A DNA stretch of 64,000 bases from Oscillospiraceae bacterium (GTDB lineage: Bacteria; Bacillota; Clostridia; Oscillospirales; Ruminococcaceae). Positions 50,517 to 59,368 of the stretch are shown here, one piece after another; position 1 is the first letter of the stretch, and every line of letters starts with the position of its first letter. The notes beneath the pieces are model-generated. The model was not told the DNA's origin, ran no database searches, and worked only from the letters and a program-made list of their open reading frames with translations. Where the stretch lies: the NCBI GenBank assembly GCA_902798695.1, contig CADBXK010000003.1, positions 2,849-66,848 on the forward strand. Direction: 5' to 3'. The translations under genes and the position numbers were made by a program.

Positions 50517-50545
50517 TTGACATTTTTGTTCTTTTGTGGTAACAT
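50517..50545 (+). promoter_or_regulatory. Sigma-A promoter (extended -10) of the rplU-prp-rpmA operon
   Basis: TTGACA, 17-nt spacer, TGgTAACAT. Confidence 0.6.
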
Positions 50546-50549
50546 TATT

Positions 50550-50620
50550 AATACCGCATGTTGTAGGCATAAGTGTGTTTTTTGACCGCCTGCTACAGCG
50601 AGTTTATGTATAAGTGAGGA
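50550..50620 (+). ncRNA. Candidate ribosomal protein L21 leader (5'-UTR structure)
   Basis: The 5' UTR of about 75 nt lies upstream of rplU in a Firmicute. It holds an imperfect hairpin, tgtaggc...gcctgctaca, flanked by cgc/gcg. The position fits the L21 leader, but I cannot check the covariance model. Confidence 0.3.
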
Positions 50621-50626
50621 ATATTT

Positions 50627-50938
50627 ATGTACGCAGTAATTGAGACTGGTGGAAAACAGTATCGTGTTAGTGTTGGTGATGTAATTTATATTGAAAAATT
50701 GAGTGTTGAAGATGGCGCTGATTTTTCTTTTGACAAAGTCGTTGCTGTTGGTAAAGATGACGGTATGGTTATTGGTTCTCCATATGTTGATGGAGCTAGT
50801 GTTTCTGCTAAAGTTGTTAAAAGTGGAAAAAAGAAGAAGATAACTGTATTTACATACAGACCTAAGAAAGATTCAAAGAGAAAAATGGGTCATAGGCAAC
50901 CATATACTAAAGTTGAAATAAAATCGATAGATGCATAA
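50627..50938 (+). CDS. rplU: 50S ribosomal protein L21
   Basis: [14 protein letters not shown]... and HRQPYTKV. Confidence 0.97.
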   Translation: MYAVIETGGKQYRVSVGDVIYIEKLSVEDGADFSFDKVVAVGKDDGMVIGSPYVDGASVSAKVVKSGKKKKITVFTYRPKKDSKRKMGHRQPYTKVEIKSIDA

Positions 50939-51255
50939 TGATTAGGGCTAAATTTTTCTATTCAAAAGATGGTATTTGTGTTGGATTTGAAGTTTCTGGC
51001 CATTCTGGCTTTGCTGATTCTGGACTTGATATAGTTTGCTCTGCAGTTTCTTGTGCTGTTCAGATGTGTTGTAATGGTATAACAGAAGTGATTGGGGCGG
51101 GTGCTGATGTTTTTGTGGATTCAGACACTGTTTCTATGAAAATTGAAAGCGATGATGAGAAAGTTCAGGTTCTATTGGAATCATTAAGAATGGAAATAGG
51201 TCTTTTGGAAGAAAATTATAGTGAGAATGTATCGTTGTGTGTATTGGAGGTATAA
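50938..51255 (+). CDS. prp: Ribosomal-processing cysteine protease Prp
   Basis: About 105 aa with SGHSGF...[10 protein letters not shown] (His/Cys dyad). It lies between rplU and rpmA, and its ATG overlaps the rplU TAA. Confidence 0.88.
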   Translation: MIRAKFFYSKDGICVGFEVSGHSGFADSGLDIVCSAVSCAVQMCCNGITEVIGAGADVFVDSDTVSMKIESDDEKVQVLLESLRMEIGLLEENYSENVSLCVLEV

Positions 51256-51259
51256 GATT

Positions 51260-51538
51260 ATGTTATTAATTAGTTTACAACATTTTGCTCATAAAAAAGG
51301 AGTAGGTTCTACTAAGAATGGTAGAGATTCTGAATCTAAACGCCTTGGAGTTAAGAGAGCAGATGGTCAGTTTGTTTTAGCTGGCAATATTTTAGTTAGA
51401 CAAAGAGGAACCCACATTCATCCGGGTGAAAATGTGGGACGTGGTTCAGATGATACTTTGTTTGCTAAGGTTAGCGGAAAAGTTAAGTTTGAACGTGTTG
51501 GTCGTAACAGAAAAAAAGTCAGCGTTTATGCTGGTTAG
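51260..51538 (+). CDS. rpmA: 50S ribosomal protein L27 with a cleavable N-terminal extension
   Basis: MLLISLQHF|[15 protein letters not shown] has the Firmicute propeptide ending in F before AHKKG. The ATG at 51260 follows GGAGG. Confidence 0.95.
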   Translation: MLLISLQHFAHKKGVGSTKNGRDSESKRLGVKRADGQFVLAGNILVRQRGTHIHPGENVGRGSDDTLFAKVSGKVKFERVGRNRKKVSVYAG

Positions 51539-51554
51539 TTAATGTGAATTATCA

Positions 51555-51584
51555 GTCTCGGGATTATGTTTTCTCGGGACTTTT
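51555..51584 (+). terminator. Intrinsic terminator after rpmA
   Basis: gtctcggga / tctcgggac forms a 9-bp stem with two G-U pairs and an 8-nt loop, followed by TTTT. Confidence 0.55.
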
Positions 51585-51631
51585 CTATATTGTTTAATTT
51601 TTTGTATGTTTAATAAAATCAGGAGAAATAT

Positions 51632-52894
51632 ATGTTTGTTGATTTAGTTAAAATTAAAATAAAAGCTGGAGATGGCGGAGATGGCGCAGTGGCGTTTCAC
51701 CGTGAAAAGTATGTTGCTGCTGGTGGACCAGACGGTGGAGATGGTGGAAAAGGCGGAGATATTGTGTTTGTGGCGGATGATAATTTGTCCACATTGGTTG
51801 ATTTTAGATATAAACGCAAGTATGTTGCTGCTCGAGGAGAAAATGGTAAAAGGAATAATTGTTTTGGTAAAAAAGGTGAAGATTTAATTATAAAAGTACC
51901 TAGAGGTACAATTGTAAGAGATGCTAAAACCAATTCTATTATGGCCGATATTTCAACTGACGAAAATTTTGTTATTGCTAAGGGAGGTCGTGGAGGTTGG
52001 GGAAATAGCCATTTTGCTAAACCTACGCGACAAATTCCTAGATTTGCAAAGCCTGGATTACCAGGTGAAGAATTTGAAGTTTTTTTGGAACTTAAATTAT
52101 TGGCAGATGTTGGATTAGTTGGTTTTCCTAATGTTGGTAAATCTACTTTGATTTCTGTGATTTCTGCAGCTAGACCTAAAATAGCTAATTATCATTTTAC
52201 TACCTTGTCGCCTGTTTTAGGAATGGTTAAAGTAGATCAAGGTAAGTCTTTTGTTGTTGCCGATATTCCTGGATTGATAGAAGGCGCGAGTAGTGGAGTT
52301 GGTCTAGGACATACCTTTTTACGACATATTGATAGATGTAGATTAATTGTGCACGTGGTTGATGTTTCTGGTAGTGAGGGGCGTGACCCTAAGCAAGACA
52401 TAGAAATTATAAATAGTGAACTTGCTAATTTTGATTCGGACTTGACAAACAAAAAGCAAATAATTGTTGCAAATAAGTGTGATATTGCAACTAGAGATCA
52501 AATAGACGATTTGAAAGATTATGTTGAAAAACGTGGTTTTGCGTTTTGTGAAATATCTTCGGCTACCAGATATGGGATAGATACTTTGATTAAGTTCATA
52601 TCTAAGAATTTAGATGATCTTCCCCCGATTGCTACTTATACTCCTGATTACGTTAGTGTAAATAATAATTCAGATAGAACGTTTAGTATTGAAAAAAGAG
52701 ATGGAGTATATTATATTGACGCCCCATGGATGGAACATATCCTTCGCGGTGTTAACATGGATGATTATGAATCTTTGCAGTATCTACAAAGAGTTCTTTG
52801 TGATAGTGGCATTAATGCTGAACTTGAAAAAATGGGAATATGTGATGGAGATTTTGTGAATTTGCAAGGATGGGAATTTGAATTTGTTTATTGA
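51632..52894 (+). CDS. obg: GTPase Obg/CgtA
   Basis: Glycine-rich Obg fold GDGGDGAVAFHREK...GGPDGGDGGKGG, G1 GFPNVGKST, G3 DIPGLIEGA, NKCD and a C-terminal OCT domain. Confidence 0.95.
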   Translation: MFVDLVKIKIKAGDGGDGAVAFHREKYVAAGGPDGGDGGKGGDIVFVADDNLSTLVDFRYKRKYVAARGENGKRNNCFGKKGEDLIIKVPRGTIVRDAKTNSIMADISTDENFVIAKGGRGGWGNSHFAKPTRQIPRFAKPGLPGEEFEVFLELKLLADVGLVGFPNVGKSTLISVISAARPKIANYHFTTLSPVLGMVKVDQGKSFVVADIPGLIEGASSGVGLGHTFLRHIDRCRLIVHVVDVSGSEGRDPKQDIEIINSELANFDSDLTNKKQIIVANKCDIATRDQIDDLKDYVEKRGFAFCEISSATRYGIDTLIKFISKNLDDLPPIATYTPDYVSVNNNSDRTFSIEKRDGVYYIDAPWMEHILRGVNMDDYESLQYLQRVLCDSGINAELEKMGICDGDFVNLQGWEFEFVY

Positions 52895-53314
52895 TTGGGG
52901 GAATATGCTACGTTAAATTTATGGAATGAGGATATTAAGCCTAAACAGCTTTCGCCAGCTACTTTAGCGTTTGTTGGAGACGCTGTCTTTGAGTTATTGG
53001 TTAGAGAATATATTGTTGCTAAAAATGGTAGTATGCCAGTGGCGAAACTACATAAAAAAACAGTTAAACATGTTTGTGCTTCTTGGCAGTTTAGAGCATC
53101 TATTGTTTTAGAAAAAATTTTGATTGAAGATGAGCTGGATATTTATCGTAGAGGTAGAAATTCTACAGGCAGTCATGTTCCTAGAAATTCTACCCCTAAG
53201 GAATATAGGGCTGCAACTGGTGTGGAATGTTTATTTGGGTTTTTATATTTTAACAGAAATATCGACAGACTTCACGAACTTTTTAACTATATAATTAAGC
53301 ATGTTGATATTTAA
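52895..53314 (+). CDS. mrnC: Mini-ribonuclease 3
   Basis: LAFVGDAVFELLVREY and RRGRN... in about 139 aa. The TTG start directly abuts the obg TGA stop. Confidence 0.8.
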   Translation: MGEYATLNLWNEDIKPKQLSPATLAFVGDAVFELLVREYIVAKNGSMPVAKLHKKTVKHVCASWQFRASIVLEKILIEDELDIYRRGRNSTGSHVPRNSTPKEYRAATGVECLFGFLYFNRNIDRLHELFNYIIKHVDI

Positions 53315-53350
53315 ATCAAATAATTTTTCTATTATTGTTTTATAAATATT

Positions 53351-53398
53351 AAAATCAAAAAGACCCATCCATTAAAGTAGGATAGGCTTTTTGATTTT
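53351..53398. terminator. Long bidirectional hairpin between mrnC and the small N-rich ORF
   Basis: aaaatcaaaaagacccatcc / ggataggctttttgatttt gives a stem of about 18 bp with one bulge and one mismatch. AT-rich runs lie at both ends. Confidence 0.7.
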
Positions 53399-53404
53399 AA
53401 TATT

Positions 53405-53569
53405 TTAGTGACAGTTTTGACCAGAGTTATTACTTGACTTATTTGTCCTTTTTTTGTTTGTTGAGTTTGTGCTATTTGAATTTTTGTTTTGTTGATTTTG
53501 TTTGTTGTTATACTTTTCATACTCTTTTGAATTTTCGTTTTGGTTGTTATGTTGATTTTCTCTATTCAT
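53405..53569 (-). CDS. Small hydrophilic Asn/Gln/Lys/Ser-rich protein (54 aa), function unknown
   Basis: AGGAG lies 9 nt upstream of the ATG at 53569, and a strong hairpin follows right after the stop. 18 of 54 residues are Asn, and the only non-polar residues are Met1 and two Tyr. Coding status is unproven. Confidence 0.45.
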   Translation of the reverse strand: MNRENQHNNQNENSKEYEKYNNKQNQQNKNSNSTNSTNKKRTNKSSNNSGQNCH

Positions 53570-53700
53570 TTTTTCATCACTCCTGTTACATAGAATTTTT
53601 AACATTAATATTTTTTTGCAGAAAAAACATTGAGTTTGAATCTGCTAATTTTATTATTTGAATTTATTGTCTTGATATTCAATTTGTTGGAGAGAAATTT

Positions 53701-55029
53701 ATGGAAAATTTAAATTTTTTAAATCAAATGAAAAAATTATTTCATGATGATTATGATAAATTTTTAAATTGTTTAAAAAAAGATGCTATTAAAGGTTTTA
53801 GAGTAAATAATTTGTTGGTTGATGATGTTGATGAAATTATCAAAAAATTGCCCTTTAAAACAGAAAAATTAAATTTTTTGGATGATGGTTTTAAATTAAA
53901 TGAAACTTATGATGGAATAGGAAAATTAATTTTACATCATGCAGGAGCTTTTTATGTGCAAGAACCGTCTGCTATGGTTCCGGTTTGTGTTTTAGATCCT
54001 AAACCAGGAGACAGAGTTTTAGATTTATGTGCTGCTCCTGGAGGAAAATCTACTCAAATAGCTAGTAGATTGAATAATAAAGGTTTATTATTTGCTAATG
54101 AAATTAATAAATCAAGGTCTAATATTTTGATTTCAAATTTAGAAAGAATGGGAGTGGAAAACGCTATTGTTTTTTCAAAGAAGCCAATTGATTTATGCGC
54201 TGATTTTCATGACTATTTTGATAAAGTATTAGTGGATGCACCTTGTTCTGGAGAAGGAATGTTTAGAAAAAATCCAGATGCTACAATGCACTGGTCAATT
54301 GAAAATACAAAAGGATGTTCATTTAGACAAAAGGAAATTTTAAATTTGGCAGCTAAAACTGTAAGGCCTGGCGGAATTTTAGTTTATTCTACTTGCACAT
54401 TTTCAACTGTTGAGAATGAAGAAGTTATAAAATGGTTTTTAAATAAGAATAGTGATTTTAAATTAGAACCAATTGATATATGTTTTGGTGAGCAATCTAA
54501 GTTTGATAATATTATATTAAACGCATCATATATGAGAAGAATTTACCCATTTCATGGGGGAGAAGGTCAATTTGTTGCTAAATTAAAAAGAGATGGAGAC
54601 ACTAGAATTGATTTTCGTAAATTTATGAACTATTCTAAAGTGAAATCTTTTAGTCAGTTTTGGGAACAAACGTTTGATGAACCAATACCTAAAATTGTTA
54701 ATTTTAATGATAAAATAATGATAGTGCCGGATAATATGCCAAAAATAAAGGATTTTTTAGTTGCTGGAGTTTTTGCGGGAAGGTTAAAAAATGATAGGTT
54801 TATTCCCAATCATCACTTGTTTAAGTGTAAAGTTAAAATTAAGCAAACTAAATTGTTGAGTTTATCTTTATCTGATAAAGAAGCTTTGAAATTTATAAAA
54901 GGTGAGGAAATTCACACAAATTGTAAAGGATATTGTGGTGTTAGAGTTGATGGAATACCGTTGGGATTTGGAAAAGCATCGAATGGTAAGTTAAAAAACC
55001 ATTACCCTAAGGGATTGCGTTTAGTTTGA
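53701..55029 (+). CDS. NOL1/NOP2/Sun-family rRNA (cytosine-C5) methyltransferase (RsmF/RsmB-like) with a C-terminal PUA-like domain
   Basis: YVQEPSAM, the SAM motif DLCAAPGGKS, and the catalytic cysteines in DAPCSGEG and YSTCT. Confidence 0.85.
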   Translation: MENLNFLNQMKKLFHDDYDKFLNCLKKDAIKGFRVNNLLVDDVDEIIKKLPFKTEKLNFLDDGFKLNETYDGIGKLILHHAGAFYVQEPSAMVPVCVLDPKPGDRVLDLCAAPGGKSTQIASRLNNKGLLFANEINKSRSNILISNLERMGVENAIVFSKKPIDLCADFHDYFDKVLVDAPCSGEGMFRKNPDATMHWSIENTKGCSFRQKEILNLAAKTVRPGGILVYSTCTFSTVENEEVIKWFLNKNSDFKLEPIDICFGEQSKFDNIILNASYMRRIYPFHGGEGQFVAKLKRDGDTRIDFRKFMNYSKVKSFSQFWEQTFDEPIPKIVNFNDKIMIVPDNMPKIKDFLVAGVFAGRLKNDRFIPNHHLFKCKVKIKQTKLLSLSLSDKEALKFIKGEEIHTNCKGYCGVRVDGIPLGFGKASNGKLKNHYPKGLRLV

Positions 55030-55074
55030 TTTTATGATAAAATTACGTTGATAAATTGTAAGGAGGCTTTAGAT

Positions 55075-55812
55075 ATGTCGGGACATTCTAAATGGAGTAC
55101 TATAAAGCGTAAAAAAGAAAAAACAGATAGTGCACGTGCTAAAATTTTTACAAAGATAGGACGTGAGATTTCTGTTGCAGTTAAATCTGGTGGGACAGAT
55201 CCGGCAAACAATAGTAAGCTACGTGATTTGATTGCTAAAGCCAAGGCAAATAATGTTCCTAATGATAATATTGAAAGAGTTATAAAGAAAGCTGCTGGTG
55301 ATGATAGTAAAAATGACTATGAAACGGTGGTTTATGAAGGTTATGGACCAGAAGGTATTGCTGTTATTGTTGATACATTAACTGACAATAGAAATAGAAC
55401 AGCTTCCAATATAAGACATTATTTTGATAAGTTTGGTGGTAATTTGGGAACAACTGGTTGTGTATCATTCATGTTCGAAAAAAAAGGAATTATCGTAATT
55501 GATGGAGCTGATTTAGAAGAAGACGCTGTTATGAGCGATTCTTTGGATGCTGGTGCTGAGGATTTTGAATTTAGTGACAATGTCTTTACTATAACAACTG
55601 CTTCAAGCGATTTTTCTAGTGTTAGAGAAAGTTTAGAAGAGAAAGGATATTCATTTTTATCAGCTCAAATTGAAATGGTTCCGAGCAATACAGTTGTTTT
55701 AAAAGATGAAGATAATAAGAAAAAAATGTCAAGATTATTAGAAGCACTAGATGAAGATGATGATGTTCAAGAAGTGTGGAATAATTTAGAAAATGTAGAA
55801 GATTTAATATGA
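55075..55812 (+). CDS. yebC: YebC/PmpR family DNA-binding transcriptional regulator
   Basis: MSGHSKWSTIKRKK... and YEGYGPEGIAVIV. The ATG at 55075 follows AAGGAGG. Confidence 0.92.
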   Translation: MSGHSKWSTIKRKKEKTDSARAKIFTKIGREISVAVKSGGTDPANNSKLRDLIAKAKANNVPNDNIERVIKKAAGDDSKNDYETVVYEGYGPEGIAVIVDTLTDNRNRTASNIRHYFDKFGGNLGTTGCVSFMFEKKGIIVIDGADLEEDAVMSDSLDAGAEDFEFSDNVFTITTASSDFSSVRESLEEKGYSFLSAQIEMVPSNTVVLKDEDNKKKMSRLLEALDEDDDVQEVWNNLENVEDLI

Positions 55813-55852
55813 ATTATGCATGGAGAAATTAAGGAAAGGATATGTGAATATT

Positions 55853-57601
55853 ATGTTATCAGAAAATGAATATAGAACGCATAATTGTTCTGAATTTGGA
55901 TGTAATATAATAGGGAAAAAAGTTAGAGCAGCCGGTTGGGTTGAAAATATTAGAGATCATGGTGGTGTTATTTTTATCGACCTAAGAGATCATTATGGAG
56001 TGCTTCAAGTTGTAATTCATGATGAGACTCAACTGGAAGGTATTTGTAGGGAAACTGTTATTTCAGTTAGTGGAGAAATAAGAAAACGAGATGAAGAAAC
56101 TATCAATACTAAAATTGCTACTGGTGAGGTTGAACTTGTTTGTGATAGTTTGGTTGTTTTGGGAAAATGTAAGCATGAATTGCCTTTTGAGGTTCCAACA
56201 TCTACATCTGTAAAAGAGGAACTTAGATTAAAATATCGTTTTTTAGATTTGAGAAATTCTAAGGTTCATAAGAATATTGTTATGAGATCTGAAATGATTT
56301 CTTTTGTTAGAAATAAAATGATTGATTTAGGATTTTTAGAAATACAAACGCCTATATTATCTGCATCATCTCCAGAGGGAGCGAGAGATTATCTTATACC
56401 AAGCAGAAAACATCAGGGTAAGTTTTATGCTTTGCCTCAGGCTCCACAAATTTTTAAGCAGCTTCTCATGACTTCAGGATTTGATAAGTATTTTCAGATA
56501 GCTCCTTGTTTTCGTGATGAAGATGCTCGTGCAGATAGATCGCCTGGTGAATTCTATCAATTGGATTTTGAGATGGCATTTGCTACACAGGAGGATGTTT
56601 TTAAAGTTGCTGAAGAAGTTTTAGTAGAAACATTTGAGAAATTTTCGACTTGTGAAGTTACGCCAGCACCTTTCCCTCGATTTACGTTTGATGAAGCTAT
56701 GTTGAAATTTGGAACTGATAAGCCTGATTTGAGAAATCCATTGGAAATTATTGACATATCTGACATGTTTGTTAAATCGGACTTTAAACCATTTGAAGGG
56801 AAATGTGTTAGAGCTATTAAAGTTCCTGGTTGCGCAAAACAATCTAAGTCATTTTTTGAAAAAATGTTGAAATTTGCTACTAGTATTGGTATGAAAGGGT
56901 TGGGCTATTTTAAGGTTGATGAAAATCTTAAATTTAATGGGCCTATAGATAAGTTCTTGAATGATGATCAAAGACAGGATTTAATAAATAGAGCAGAGCT
57001 TGAGCCAGACTGTGTTTTATATTTTATTGCAGACAGCAAGAAAAATGCTCCAGTATTTGCTGGCCAAATTAGAACTGAAGTGGCAAACAGAATGAACTTA
57101 ATTGAGAAGGATAAATTTAAATTTTGCTTTATTGTTGATTTTCCTATGTATGATTTGGACGAGGAAACAGGTAATGTTATCTTTACACATAATCCATTCT
57201 CTATGCCACAGGGTGGATTAGAGGCATTGAACACTAAAGATCCTCTTGACATTCTTGCTTGGCAGTATGATATAGTGTGTAATGGTGTTGAATTATCTTC
57301 TGGTGCTGTTCGTAATCACGATTTTGAAGCATTGGTTCGTGCTTTCGAAATTGCTGGTTATGATAAGCAAACTGTTTTAGATAAATTTCCTGCACTTTGT
57401 AGTGCTTTTCAGTATGGAGCTCCTCCTCACGCAGGTATGGCACCAGGAATAGATAGAATGCTTATGCTTTTGTGTGATGAAGAAAATATAAGAGAGGTTG
57501 TCGCCTTTCCTATGAATTCAAATGCGCAAGATTTGCTTTTAGGTGCGCCTAATTTTGTTAGTGAGCAACAACTTCGTGAAGCACATGTAAAACTAAGATA
57601 A
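55853..57601 (+). CDS. aspS: Aspartate--tRNA ligase (bacterial type with GAD insertion; probably non-discriminating)
   Basis: OB fold WVENIRDHGGVIFIDLRD, class II motifs FRDEDARADRSPGEFYQLD and GAPPHAGMAPGIDR. It lies directly upstream of gatCAB. Confidence 0.93.
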   Translation: MLSENEYRTHNCSEFGCNIIGKKVRAAGWVENIRDHGGVIFIDLRDHYGVLQVVIHDETQLEGICRETVISVSGEIRKRDEETINTKIATGEVELVCDSLVVLGKCKHELPFEVPTSTSVKEELRLKYRFLDLRNSKVHKNIVMRSEMISFVRNKMIDLGFLEIQTPILSASSPEGARDYLIPSRKHQGKFYALPQAPQIFKQLLMTSGFDKYFQIAPCFRDEDARADRSPGEFYQLDFEMAFATQEDVFKVAEEVLVETFEKFSTCEVTPAPFPRFTFDEAMLKFGTDKPDLRNPLEIIDISDMFVKSDFKPFEGKCVRAIKVPGCAKQSKSFFEKMLKFATSIGMKGLGYFKVDENLKFNGPIDKFLNDDQRQDLINRAELEPDCVLYFIADSKKNAPVFAGQIRTEVANRMNLIEKDKFKFCFIVDFPMYDLDEETGNVIFTHNPFSMPQGGLEALNTKDPLDILAWQYDIVCNGVELSSGAVRNHDFEALVRAFEIAGYDKQTVLDKFPALCSAFQYGAPPHAGMAPGIDRMLMLLCDEENIREVVAFPMNSNAQDLLLGAPNFVSEQQLREAHVKLR

Positions 57602-57616
57602 TGCAGGAGGATTGTT

Positions 57617-57904
57617 ATGGTTACTAAGGATGAATTGCTAGATTTGGCGTTGTTGTCTAAGTTGGATATTTCTGACAGTGATGTTGATAAATTACTTGTA
57701 GATATGGAAGAAATTATAAAATTTGCAGATAAAATAAATGCAGCTTCTACTAGTGATGTTGAATTTGATAATATAAATGATCTTCAAAATGTGTATCGTG
57801 AGGATAAGGTAGTTGATTCTTTTTCACAAGATGACATTTTAAAAAATTCTAAAACGGTGGAGAATGGTTTCTTTCGTGTGGATAATCACAACCATATTGA
57901 ATAG
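57617..57904 (+). CDS. gatC: Asp-tRNA(Asn)/Glu-tRNA(Gln) amidotransferase subunit C
   Basis: 95 aa, with LAKL-like LALLSKLDISD. It is the first gene of gatCAB. Confidence 0.9.
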   Translation: MVTKDELLDLALLSKLDISDSDVDKLLVDMEEIIKFADKINAASTSDVEFDNINDLQNVYREDKVVDSFSQDDILKNSKTVENGFFRVDNHNHIE

Positions 57905-57916
57905 GAGGATAAAATT

Positions 57917-59368
57917 TTGATATCGAAAATACATGAGCTTTTGAAAACTAAAAAAATTAGTTGTGTTGAGCTTGTTCAAAAATATTTAGCAGCAATCGAT
58001 ACCTTGAATGATAAATTGATCGCATATGTCAATGTTTCGTCTGATTTAGCACTTCAAAGCGCTAAGAGTATTGATGAAAAAATAGCTAGTGGAGAAGATT
58101 TTGATATCCTGTGTGGGGTTCCAATGACACTTAAGGATAACATATCTACAAAAGGGTTAGAAACGACGTGTTGTTCCAACATACTTAAAGGATATACCCC
58201 AATATATGATGCTTCAGTTTGGAAAAATTTAAAAAATAAGGGCAGTATTCTTTTAGGCAAGACTAATATGGATGAATTTGCTATGGGTTCATCTTGTGAA
58301 AATTCTTGCTTTGGTGGTGCTAAAAATCCGCATAATTATAATTATGTTGCTGGTGGAAGTTCTGGGGGCGTTGCTAGTGCGGTTGGAGCAGGAATTGCTG
58401 CTTACGGTTTAGGATCTGATACGGGTGGATCTATTAGACAACCGGCTAGTTTTTGTGGCCTTGTTGGTTTGAAACCAACTTATGGTGCTGTTTCGAGGTA
58501 TGGATTGATCGCATATGCTTCTAGTTTGGATCAGATAGGCCCAATAACAACTTCTGCTAGAGATGCTGCAATTGTTTATGATGAGATTGCATTTAAGGAT
58601 GATATGGATTCTACTTGTAAAGGTAAATTGTGTGATACTGTTTCTCATCTTGATGATAATATAAAAGGTATTAAAATTGGAATTGCTAGTGAGTATTTTA
58701 AGGCTATAGATTCTGAAGTGGAAGACAGTATAAATAAGGCATTAGAGGTATACAAGAGTATGGGAGCAACCTTGGTTGACGTATCTCTTCCATCTATTGA
58801 TTATGTGTTGCCTGTTTATTATATAATAGCATGTGCAGAGGCTTCTTCAAACTTGGGCAGATATGATGGCATAAGATATGGCTTTAGAGCCAGTGAATAT
58901 AAAAGTATTCATGAGATGATATCTAAAACAAGAAGTCAAGGATTTGGTGATGAAGTTAAGAGAAGAATATTGCTTGGAACATACGTTTTGTCTTCAGGAT
59001 ATTATGATGCGTACTATAAGAAAGCACAAATGCTTAGAGGAAATATAATTAATGACTTTAACAGCGCATTTGAAAGTTGTGATGTTATATTAGCTCCAAC
59101 TGTTCCTATGACGGCATTTGAAAATGGAACTACTTCTCGTGATCCGGTTGAAATGTATCAAACAGATATTTGTACTGTTTCAATTAATATTGCAGGATTA
59201 CCTGCGGTTTCCTTGCCTTGTGGATTTGACTCTAAGAATTTACCAATTGGTATGCAGCTTATAGGGCCTAAATTTTCTGAAGCAAACCTCCTTTGTTTAG
59301 CAAATAAGTTTGAACAAGCGACAGATCGTTGTTTCTTTAAAAATATTGAAGGGGGCATTAATCTGTAA
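57917..59368 (+). CDS. gatA: Asp-tRNA(Asn)/Glu-tRNA(Gln) amidotransferase subunit A
   Basis: Amidase signature GGSSGGVASAV...GSDTGGSIRQPAS. The TTG start follows AGGAGG. Confidence 0.95.
   Translation: MISKIHELLKTKKISCVELVQKYLAAIDTLNDKLIAYVNVSSDLALQSAKSIDEKIASGEDFDILCGVPMTLKDNISTKGLETTCCSNILKGYTPIYDASVWKNLKNKGSILLGKTNMDEFAMGSSCENSCFGGAKNPHNYNYVAGGSSGGVASAVGAGIAAYGLGSDTGGSIRQPASFCGLVGLKPTYGAVSRYGLIAYASSLDQIGPITTSARDAAIVYDEIAFKDDMDSTCKGKLCDTVSHLDDNIKGIKIGIASEYFKAIDSEVEDSINKALEVYKSMGATLVDVSLPSIDYVLPVYYIIACAEASSNLGRYDGIRYGFRASEYKSIHEMISKTRSQGFGDEVKRRILLGTYVLSSGYYDAYYKKAQMLRGNIINDFNSAFESCDVILAPTVPMTAFENGTTSRDPVEMYQTDICTVSINIAGLPAVSLPCGFDSKNLPIGMQLIGPKFSEANLLCLANKFEQATDRCFFKNIEGGINL

Noticed and set aside
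51557-51580. An apparent direct repeat tctcggga ... tctcggga after rpmA.
   Set aside because: With G-U pairs the same bases fold into a 9-bp hairpin followed by TTTT. It is most simply an intrinsic terminator, not a repeat element.
51672-51933. Overlapping ORFs on both strands inside the 5' part of obg.
   Set aside because: They are produced by the repetitive GGx-rich DNA that encodes the glycine-rich Obg fold. obg itself is unambiguous.
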